Program-made: the position numbers and the translations under genes
The notes under the pieces: model-generated
Seen by the model: the letters and a program-made list of their open reading frames with translations, nothing else
Told to the model about the DNA's origin: nothing
Database searches by the model: none
From: Tubiluchus corallicola
Lineage: Eukaryota; Animalia; Priapulida
Assembly: GCA_030141605.1 (NCBI GenBank)
Contig: JAQGDQ010000408.1
Span: 62,001-126,000, forward strand
DNA length: 64,000 nucleotides
Direction of reading: 5' to 3'
In this document: in pieces, positions 53,186 through 64,000 of the stretch
Numbering within the stretch: the first letter of the stretch is position 1
Layout: the number at the start of each line of letters is the position of its first letter

Positions 53186-56100
53186 TTTCAATATCAGATT
53201 ATACCGGTCTACCACACGTCTCTAAACACTAATGTACTGCTGCTACTCGTGACCTGCGCTGCACTAAGCGGCCTACTTGCCCTAGGCCTATAGTTACTGT
53301 ACATTTAAGAGAAGCCATGTGGAAAAATGAATTAAATAGGCGCGTGAATTGGTCGTCCATACATAGTATTGTAATTTGTCATAATTTCTCTTGTGTACTC
53401 TTTGTTTCTTACAAGTAAACGGAACACTAAATTTTTCCAAATGTTGTTTGAGCTCAAGTCACACTATCGTCGTAATCTCCCCGATTCGTCCAGATTTTGA
53501 ATTGAACTAACAATTTATCATTTCCTTTCCGATTGCAGTCAAATTGAAAAGAACGAAACCTTATTTCACTGCAGCATAAAATGTGTATTTCATTAATGCC
53601 CAAATAGGCTTAAAAAGGAGTACGTCCTCCTTGTTTTTAGAGTTCCTCTAGTTGTTATTGAGTTGGTTGATTGATTGGTTCGAAGGTCGGTTGGTTGTTT
53701 CGATGGTTGGTTAGTTAATTGGCTGTAAGCTGTAAACTACATTGCATTAACATGTACACCAATGTGTGACAGCTTGCAAAGTGCTACGTAAGTGATTTGT
53801 ACAGGACGTACTGTAGCGCATTGTTTCGCACTTATAACTGGAAATGCTACTATAGCTAATGGGTGCATTTTTGTCCGTGTAACATTGCTTAACTCATCGA
53901 TCATGCGTTGCCTTCCCATTGCCATCCCTCTTCTTTGCTCTTTTCTTACCTCCGACATTACCTTTGTCTTTCTATTTTCAAAAGTGGTCTTGTGTTTTTA
54001 GGCAGTATCGCCGTGGTCTCGTCAATGTAATGTGCTATTTTTTCACACTATAATTGGCTATTTTTTACCTTTTGATTGTTTATGTTAAGTGTATATACTG
54101 TGTAGTAATAAATAAACTTGAACTTTGGAGATGGTTGGTTAGCTGGTAGGTTGGTTGGTTGATTGTCGTTTGGTTGGCTAGCTGGCTGGCTGGCTGGTTT
54201 ATTTATTTTTGTTTGTTTATTAAAAATATTGCATTTACAAGCTGACCGTATATTACACAGGAAAAATTGCGTTAAAATTTAATTTCACAAAAGATTCAAA
54301 GTTGGCAGTTATTGCATTAAAATTACAGAATATGATTTTCATATGCTTGAAATTGGTCTCCAATTGATGCCCAGGCTAAAACTCCTCCCTCTGGATTTAA
54401 TATTTCTCCCCTGGAAGCCAAGTGCATCCCGTTTGTAAGTAATTGGGTTTGAAGGCGCACGTTCACGATTTGTGCATCGTTGTGTCCACGTAAACTCCCA
54501 CCAATAACTAAAATAAACTTCATAGCAATTATCATCGTGTGATTTCCAAAACCAGGATTTAATTTGAGCAACTCATCCAACTATTCAACTTTGTCACGCA
54601 GTAGAATTATTAGAAACTTTTAAAACAATAAAAGGTACAGTAAGGAATCCGTCAGACAATTTGTTGGGCAGTGAACGCTTCGTTTACCTTATTGATCATT
54701 CGAAGACACAACGGGGAGGTTGTTTTTCATGAAAAGACAAAGCGTTGTCATCTGTTTTTGCAGATACTCATTCCCATAAAGTTTTATTCCAATGATCCAG
54801 AAATGTTTCAATGGACGACATGTGAAATAAGCCTGCCTGGGAGAAGTAAGGCCCTACTAAACTAGCAGTAGGAATGTTGGCAACCAGCCGCCGTGATGAT
54901 AGGCTTGGGGAGTAACTGATGGTAAAGAAAGACAGAAAAATTTACTGTACAATGTGATGTAATATACAGGTAATGCATTTGCTGTCCATCTGGAAGCCTA
55001 AAAAGTTGTGGGTTCGATATTGGGTTGCACAGTCAATTAGTCAGTTAGCAAAACGTACAGTTATTCATTAATTTTAATAATTATGACGTTCGTTGGACGG
55101 GCGTATATATGGACACCACATCATCACAAAGGGATGATGATCGAAGCTGAAAGAGTTACATAACAGCAAAATGAAGCTCTAACCGCAAACTCTAACAGGT
55201 CGGGGAGTTGTATCTTGTTCGAAATAAACCTTTTAATCAATTCAAATCAATTAACCATTAGCTAGCAAGCCAATAAGCCACAACTAGCTCGCCAGTCAGT
55301 CAGTAATTTAGTCAGTATTCAGCTCAGCCAGATAATAGTTGATCAATTTGTGTCATCCAGTGAATCATTCACTTGTGGTAACCAACTGTGTTTGTTACCA
55401 AACATTACTTGATGAGATTAATGCACATACACACTTACATCGACCGACCCTCAACACAGTTGCGGGTCATTTGCTTCAGGATGATAATGTTGGTAGTGTT
55501 GGGCGACACTGCAGATTTCAAGTATCATGACTAGTAATTACTTTTTGTCACGTATTGGCATCTGATTCCCAGGGAAGCTTCCAGTTAAAACTCACTGGAA
55601 GTGGAGCTATATTCGCGATTTGTCCACGTAGAAAACTGGAAAATTAATTCAAAGGCATTTTGCACTTTTTGCTTTTCAAATTATAATTATAAACTCATTA
55701 ATACAAAAGTAATCGCTTAGTGTTCGATTACTTAGTGAAATAGTGGATACCAGAAATGCGCGCGTAGGTAGTCGAAGTAATTGATTAATTTTTATTAGTT
55801 ATATGTACAGTGTCGTCGATTGCGCCCGACCGCTGCAACCAAAATGTCTGGTCCTTGTAAATGCTTATAGTTCTATCAAGTTTGTCCATATTGCACACTA
55901 TGGCAGCTCCCTGTGTCCCATGAGACGTACCTATAAGTTCTAATGTAACGGTAGATGCTTTCGGGTAACCTTGTTTTAAAATTATTCATTTTCGGTAGTA
56001 TTGTGTTAAATCTCTGCCTTCTAATATAAATAACGTTTTGATCTGTTGTAGTTGATTCGAAGCTGTCTGATTTTATTTGAGTTTGATGGATGGCATATAA

Positions 56101-57018
56101 ATTTGACGAAATATTAAGTTGATTTAGAAAAACCTAAGTAAATGAATATGATTTAGAAGCTCATTTCAACCCGTTACGGTAGTGTTTTTCAAGAATTAGT
56201 TTGCAGAATTCTGGCAGCTCGTCCACCACTAATTAACGCAATTTTAGCAATTCATACTGTAAGTGTTCGTTAGGCTACGTCATGCATGCAAACGAGCGAA
56301 ATATGACGCCTTGCGCCACCTTGTCTCTATAAATCTTCATTAAACTATACTGCATTTATTATGTTAATATTACTAACTCCAAAGAGACAAATAAATTGAA
56401 ATTGAATTGAATTAAAATGCACATTTTCGCAGAATTTCGCAGTCCGCGAAATGTGGACCCATGCTATTGCTAGCGTACTTTATTCAAAGTCAGTAGAATG
56501 AAACGGACGAGTAGGAACAATCTTGTTTCATATTTATGGAGTAAACACATACAGATATTAGTGCAAAACAATAGTTTACAAAGTCATTTACATACACCCA
56601 AAATTATTTATCGATTTCCAACCATGTAAAGACATACGTGCAATAATGTGAGCACGGAATATAACTTACTATGTACAGTATCCTTTCAGTTACTAGTTGC
56701 GAACAATTTATATTTAATTAAATTCATGATCGATTGCTAATACATTTTACATAGTTATACCCTATGGTTAAAATGTTGACATCATTAGTCTCAAATAGAA
56801 AAATCAATTTATCTTCATTAAGCATATCAGGAAATCGGGACAAAAATAAGTAATATATGCAAACATATTTTGTCTTCTATGTTCAAAATATTTATGGCAG
56901 ACAAGGATCACATGTAATCCGTTGTATCCATAGTCCGTTATAACGAAGTTTCAAATAATTGTAATAAATAAAGTAACAGCAAAAGTTCTCATTCATCAGA
57001 AGCGAATTAAATAACTTG

Positions 57019-57656
57019 TGTGCTTGCAAACCAAAAACGTCCATAGTTCAGCAAAGTTAAAACTATGTTATAATGCTTCCAAGTAGAATGCACCAAAAAT
57101 TTGGTCAAATGTCGATTTTTGGTTTTTTTTATCAAAACAAATGCTAAATATATTGAACTTTTATATTATAGCATCAAATTATCAAGAAAAAGTTCAAACA
57201 ACACTAAATCTAATTTTGTAACCCTCTACCTTTTTTCTGGCTAGAAACTAGTAATGCAATTGTAAGAAAAACTTTTCAAACTCAAATGTAGCTCATGGAA
57301 GCAGCCATTTTGCTTTGCATTTTTTCTGTTGACAAGACCAGATCTTCATCAGGAAGAGCCATCTAGTTGATTTAAACGTAACTTCATTTACCCTTGTAAA
57401 ATCCATAGCAACAACACTTTTCATATGGTTGCTAAGTGTTTTGTAGAGTGGTAACTTTAACAGCGTTTTTCTCAAGATTACGTTTTTCAGTGTGTAACCT
57501 GCACCTCAACTTCAAAGTGGATTATGTCAACTTAGAAATAACATAGAGTGATGAACTTGGTATCAAAATGACCTTTATGAAACGTAGATTCAGGATATGT
57601 GAATGACTAGAAAAGTTTTATTGTCGACTTATAGACGATTTTGCTGTGCAAGCATA
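57019..57656. mobile_element. TGTGCTTGCA-family MITE copy
   Basis: Collinear with 5521-6485. Confidence 0.8.
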
Positions 57657-58246
57657 CATTTGAAAAAACAATGTTTTTATGAATTTAGAGGCCGATGTAA
57701 CCTCGGCAGACATTGAAGCTTTTTGTAACGCATTATTATGATTACACAAAGAATTTTTAGTTATTATTAAACAAAGAGACTTATTAATTGAATAACTTAT
57801 CTTTTTCTGATGAATTTCGAACTCGTAAATTTCCGTAATGATCGCCGCGTTTCGCGTATTCGGCGCAAGTGAGTGAGAACGACGTACGATGTTTGTGTAC
57901 CGATCTTTGGAGACCTCGTGACTGTACTCTGAATGTCATTCGTCTCACACAACGAAAAATGGCAGTCCTTCAACACAACTCTTTAAATTTAGTACTGTTA
58001 AAAATGAAATGATAAAAAAATGAAAAGAAACAAGTTTTACAGTAAGCTTATAATAAAATAAATTGAATATTCATAAGAGAGTAGGATTATTAGTTGTAAA
58101 CGGTTATGTTATAGTGACTGTTTAGTTTGACTTTAATGTGAGCAGTGCATCATTAGATTTACAACAGTTATTAATTGCTTGCTTTCTTTTTTTGAGTAAT
58201 TACAGTGTATAATCAAGTAATTATTTGTCGTGCAGATAGATTGAAC

Positions 58247-61106
58247 ATGTTTGGAACAACACGCAGAGTTGGAAATGCTGGCTATAGTCTTTGTCAGTTT
58301 GCTTCAAATATAGAGAGGTAAGTGCTTTGCTATCAGTATCTTTAAACGACTAGGCAGTTCTAATTTTTTAGCTACGATGTATGCAAGTGTGTTTTATAAT
58401 TTTCATAAATTTGTAATATTATTTTGGAAGTCTTTTTTTGTTATGCCGTATCGGAAGCTGTTTCAAAAAGACATGATCTTTCTGACAAAAATGTCTTGAT
58501 GAATGAAATTTTGTTTCAATGTTTTTGCCGTATATATTTTAACACAATTATTACTGCAAGAGCAAATCTGATAAAAATTCTAATTTCAAATTTACCGCTA
58601 TGCTCAAGCATGAGCTGTCAAACATGTGTAGTTTGTCACAAACTAACACATCCAAACTGAGAGGTACAGCACCTGTTTTTTGTGCAATGTGTTTCAGAAA
58701 TGCAGGTGCTACTGTCCGTCTAACTAGCAAATGGCAAAATGCATGTGACAGCGAAGAACTAGTAGTGCGAACTCGAAACTGTATTTGTGTGGTAATAATT
58801 CTTTGAAAAAAAATGTTATATTTTCTTTCAATATTTTAAAGAGTAGATTGTTTTGACTTACAATTTAAGATTGGGTACGGTTGCTTTTAGTCAGTCATGT
58901 AGCCAGGCGCACTTTATAAAGTTCATGGAGAAGATAAATGAGATTGAAACGAATCTTTGTTGATTCTTATAAAAAAATCAAAGTAATTTTTTGAAATCAC
59001 AATCTTTGTGAAATTTGTTTGCTAGTTTAACAGAAGTTTTACGACAATCCTGTTTTATTTGCTGAAACGTGTTATTTTGATTTCAGAGCTTCCGCTAAGG
59101 GCGTAGCATCTAGGAAAGCTATGTCTGGAAACCCAGTTACAAAAACGAACCCTTTCTATGACAAGTATGCCGATAAAATTGAGCGTGTCAGACGTGAAAA
59201 TCCTGAAAAATTTAAAGGGAGAGCCTCAGCAGACACATCAGACTTAGATTCTACAGTTGGTAAATTTGTTTTACAGTGAATTTGTGGAGGGTTTTCTTTA
59301 TACTCCTTTTGTACCAGATCTTAGGGGATGATGAGACCACCGAACAAGGTTGCCGCGGCTGCATTAATGGACTTTTTAATAGCCCAGTTTTTATTTTGTA
59401 AATTTTAATGTTTTAAGCTGCTTTAAATTGAATTTAAATTTTAGGCTTCTGTGAACGTTTACTTAATTTGCTATTGGACAAATTTGTGATGTGTTTGTTC
59501 TGTTAGGTCGAGTGGCCGCCGTCTGTGCAATGCTTTACCATATGAAATCAGGTTTTGCGAAAATTTTGAAAAGTTTACACACCTTTTAAGAATGCATTTT
59601 TATTCATGCAAGCATACAACTTGAATACATTTTGGGGTCTATACGTAGTGTTGCTCCGCATACACTTTTTTGCCGGATAAGGAATACCGAATATCATCGA
59701 ATATTTCCTCAAATTGACTTCCGGATTTGTTAGCTAAATTCGGATCGAGTATGCGGATCGGTATGGTAATGAAAAATTAGTAAATGTTTGCAAACTTTAG
59801 CATTTTCATTTAGTCTGTCAAAAAAAGACTGTCATGTTAAAGGACTCTGCCACAAGATAAACTGTATTATTGCACACAAACGAAAAAAGATATATGTAAA
59901 ATTTTCGTCTTGAAAACACAAACAATCTCTAAGTTTTTTGGTAATATTTTATTTAGTTATTTTCGGCTGTTAAATTATTCGAAAACCGTTTTCAATTGCA
60001 CATTACAAAAACTGGACAGCGAATATTTTCGAATACCAAATTTTTATATCCAAACTACGGGATAATATCGGACACGAATATTTGTAGAATTTCGCGAATG
60101 TAATTAATATAATAATTTCTCCTATAATTAATATTCTTATTGTAATTTTACTATTTTTTGTATGAAAATATGTATTATTTAGCTGTTTTAAATAGTCATT
60201 GTAGTATTAGTTTTATGTATTTTTTCTGCACAGCATTCAAAAACATATTTATATGGATTTTACGCTATACAAAAATAAATAAACTTAATGGCAATCTGTA
60301 TGTACCAATAAAAACTTTCTCATGCCACTTCTGTTTATTAATCTTCTTTAATATTTGTGTAGACTATAGTCTATAGATGGTGCTAGGGTCGCTGAACTCG
60401 CTTAAAAATAAACATTATGAAACTAGGAGATATTATAAGTGCATAGAAAATAGGATTGTAATTTGCATTTTGCTTGTTTATAGAAAACTCTGTGTCTTCA
60501 GCAAGACCATCGCAGAAACCAGTACAGACAAATTCTGGAGGTGCAGCATTTACCAAACGAAAAACTCTTGATGCTGTGATGAAATTGGATCAGATCGCTG
60601 ATAAAAGCAGTGCAGAAATTTCCTACATTTGGTTAGAGTACCACAAGAATGTTAGTGACAACACTTTATCAGCTGTTATCCCGACTGAACTGTATGAAAA
60701 AATCCGGGAACTGTCAACAAACTGTCCCGTGTTCGTATACTGCCTTCCTCGCTCCAGCGGTTTTGAATTCTTCCTAGGGCAGTTTTCCAATGATGAGTGC
60801 TACTTCACTCCCATGGTCTCATATCATGCGTACAAAGAAGAAGCGCCCCCTTGTCTGTCGTTGATGCACTACACGGATTTGTCACTTGACAAGGGTATTG
60901 TGCTGTTACGCGGAGAATTCGACAAGCAGGTTATGAATGCATCCGAAGCTCAGTGTCTAGTCAATCAACTGCAGCTGTATTATGGACAGAGCGATGCCGA
61001 GTGTGTACATTTGGTTAAAAAATTCAATCATAGTCCGGACCAATTTGACCACATGGCATTAGTGCAACGTTTGGATAATATTGGCAGCATGGTGAATACA
61101 AAGTAA
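58247..61106 (+). CDS. ATPAF1: Mitochondrial F1 ATP synthase assembly factor 1 (ATP11 family), 3 coding exons, ~288 aa
   Basis: Exons 58247-58317, 59087-59259 and 60484-61106 join in frame (867 nt). Arg-rich presequence-like N-terminus; NPFYDKYADKIERVRRENP; KTLDAVMKLD...EISYIWLEYH...CPVFVYCLPRSSGFEFFLGQF...HYTDL..DKGIVLLRGE...EAQCLVNQLQLYY...FNHSPDQFD. Confidence 0.92.
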
Positions 61107-61240
61107 TATCTGAACAACATTGACAGCATGATAAATGCTGACTACTGTCTGAACAACATTGACAGCATCATAAATGCTGACTAGTGTCTGAACAACATTG
61201 ACAGCATGGTAAATGCTGACTAGTGTCTGAACAACAGTAG
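61107..61240 (+). repeat. ~39-bp tandem repeat right after the ATPAF1 stop
   Basis: TCTGAACAACATTGACAGCATG.TAAATGCTGACTAG repeated 3-4 times. Confidence 0.85.
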
Positions 61241-62707
61241 TAGCGTGATAAATTCTCAGTAATGTTATTTGTGTTATGATACTTGAGAATATTTCACGTT
61301 AACAATAAAAGGAAAATGTATTAATCAGTCTGTAAATTTGGTACCTTTGGATTATAGTATATGAGCACTTCTGAGAAATGAAGGAGTTTCTTGGCCATCC
61401 TTATTCAAACACCTTGGAAAGCCCTTTAAATGCACTATTTATATAATGCCAGAAGCCTTCTCGTCTGGAAATAGGATATACAACCACATTTGTTCATTTA
61501 AAAGTCTAACCAGTAACCAGTTTTTATTCGAACAAGTTATTGACAGTGTCTTAGTGCAATTTAATAAGCACACTCAACTTTCAACTTTCATTCAACTTTT
61601 TGGCTGATGTACATTTGGGAAGTTGAATCGATGGGCTGTACATTTTAGTCACATGTGCACTTGACAGTTATTATGTGGATTCTAGATTATGGCCTCGGAT
61701 TTTGCAGTCCTTTGGTCTTTGGGCATTTAAGCTGTTACGACCCAAACCTAATGATTTCTAAGCGTTCTAGTCAGCTTCAGTTTAATGTTGAAGTATAAAT
61801 TTTTGGGATTAGGGGAGGACACTCGTAAACAGAACAGTGCTCACAACGTTTATATGATGATCAGTTTAAATCACAGATACCTGTCTGATAATGGGTGAGC
61901 ATTCTTTACCAGATAGTAAATTTGAATCAAATTTGTGACCTTCAAACCATATCTCAGTATTTCGAATCTGAATCAAATTTGAATTGAGTGAAAGATTTTC
62001 GAATAAGTTTTTGAAAACACTTGTAAAAACTGGGCTTACACATATACATATTATCTGATTTTGTTCTGCAGTAAAACCACTATTTGTCTGTTAAAAATTT
62101 TGCACAGAAACTGCGGTTAAACTCTGCTGATGTTTCAAACATTGAAATGATAAAGAACAAATTTGGCTTGAAGTAACGAATTATTCAAATTTATAATTTT
62201 CGGTTCGAACCAGATTCGAACTAAAAAACTCATTCCTTCTTGTCTGAAATATGATTGGTTTGTGAAAAAATTTCAGCTGTATGACGATGGTAACAATATT
62301 GTGTTCTAATTAGACACAGGACTGACAAGATTTTAATGATTTGCTTTGCAATAGGGGTAGAGAAATATGTACAGTTTTCTTCAAGATTTTATAATTTCAT
62401 AAATTTAATTCTAATACAGATTTTTAGCAACAATATTGTCTATGAAACAACCAGCACAGTAAGTTTTATTATTTTGAAAAAGTTACTAGCAAGAGTTCAA
62501 GAGTAGTTTGAAAGAGCCACTGGCCAACTGTAATAGCTCCAACCTAACCGCTAGCAGGGTCGGTCGTACGAATCAGCGCAATCATGTCAACTGGTTGTTT
62601 ATCATCACTGCTAAGAGTTCCCATATTATACTTGGACAATATCGCGCTCAGTCAACGTGTGTACCTTGTCTAAACCCTAAAGATTATGTAGCAAGTTTTA
62701 TTATTTG

Positions 62708-63235
62708 TGTGCTTGCATAGCAGAATCGTCCGTAAATTGGCAAGTAACCTTTTCTAGTTATTCACATATACTGAATGTCCATTTCATGAGGATCATTTTG
62801 ATACCAAGCTCATCGCTGTATGTCATTTCTAAACTGAGATATCCACGCTGAAGTTGAGGTGCAGGCTACGCACTGAAAACGTAACCTTGAGAAAATCCAT
62901 GTTAAAGTTAGCCATTGTTTTTTGTCACATGTCTGCAAAACACTTAGCAACCGCACAAATGCTGTTTGCTATGGATTTGGCAAGAACACATTGATGTTGT
63001 GTTTAAATCAAGTAGATGGCTCTTTCTAACGAAAATCTGGGCTTGGCAGCAGAAAAAACCCGAATATTTTTTAAACATTTTCTTGATCATTTGTTGCTAG
63101 AATGTAAAAGTCCAATATATTCAGCATTTGTTTTTATAAAAGCAAAATATTGACATTTGACCAAATTTTTTGGTGCATTTTACTTTGAAGCATCATAACG
63201 TAGTTTTGCTATGCCGGCTTAGGTTTGCAAGCACA
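62708..63235. mobile_element. TGTGCTTGCA-family MITE copy (inverted)
   Basis: Reverse-complement match to 5521-6485; termini TGTGCTTGCA/TGCAAGCACA. Confidence 0.8.
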
Positions 63236-64000
63236 CATTTGATGAAACATCTCAGTAGTGCCCTGCCAGTGTACTTACATAAAACAGCTGGGTGCTAAGC
63301 TCATGAGTGACTCGTTGTTTTTATACAGCTAGTAGAGAAGATGACCTTTTGACACGACATGTTAACAACTCTGCTTGCTGCATACCCAGCAGCTTTATGC
63401 ACCCCTAGAATGAATGTAAAGTAGGCCTTTGCAATAGAAAGTAATAAATAATTTGTATTCAGGCAATGGGCCTGACAAAAGTTCACATTATGCAGTAATC
63501 AAGTACACTGTATTCAAAGCTGAATATTAGTGAAATGAATGATGAAAGTTCGTTCTTTTTTATTAGTTCACATTACAGATGTGTATGCAATAAACCTTGT
63601 TCGCTGTACTAGTGTTATACAATGCTAATAATAAAATAAACTAGATCGCTAAGTCAGTAATTAAAATCTGGATCATAAATTATGTCCTTGGGGACACTCA
63701 AGCACAAATCCACTGATTATTATTATTCGAAGAGCTCCATTTCTAATTTTGAGTAGGGTCTTAATCGATTGACAATACAATAGTGCACTCATATCTCGAT
63801 TTCCCGGACCTTGCTTTTACAGATATCGGAAAAATTGGACAAAATCTGGACTGTTAAAAAGTGCCGCATAATACAGACATGGTCTGTTGTTTCATGAGCT
63901 GACCACTAGTTGGCAGGCAGGCACTTTGTTTGCATAATTACATCAGTGCAACCAAGCATCTTGTAACGACAAGTATGTAGCTTGTATGTCAGGAGTGTGC

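Noticed and set aside
63301-64000. Possible terminal exons of a minus-strand gene at the window end
   Set aside because: Short open frames only, with no recognisable homology or consistent splice phase.

Overview
AT-rich genomic DNA from an invertebrate animal; the taxon cannot be fixed from sequence alone. Genes are spliced and transposon load is high. I reconstructed these genes by hand from splice sites and reading phase, in order: (1) first coding exon of a tetraspanin (-), head-to-head with (2) an 8-exon NIMA/NEK kinase (+) whose third intron is a U12 minor-class intron; (3) ATG3 (-, 8 coding exons); (4) a solitary replication-dependent histone quartet, H2A<>H2B and H3<>H4, with no H1; (5) an alpha-tubulin (+, 5 exons) with K40R and an Asp-rich tail; (6) a secreted Tyr/Gly/His-rich EGF-repeat protein (-) with a Tyr/Arg/Lys tail; (7) ATPAF1/ATP11 (+). 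Between them lie hAT, Tc1/mariner, piggyBac-like and Harbinger-like MITEs, LINE fragments, a complete 5S-rRNA-headed SINE and many minisatellites. Most notable: (a) the EGF gene resembles a DOPA-type adhesive or cement protein, and its frameshifted duplicate exon is enclosed by an intronic inverted repeat that could loop it out; (b) all four histone genes share an invariant 16-nt element at a fixed distance behind the stem-loop; (c) the U12 intron and the 5S/RTE-type SINE inside it. No database searches were run, so family assignments rest on recognised motifs.
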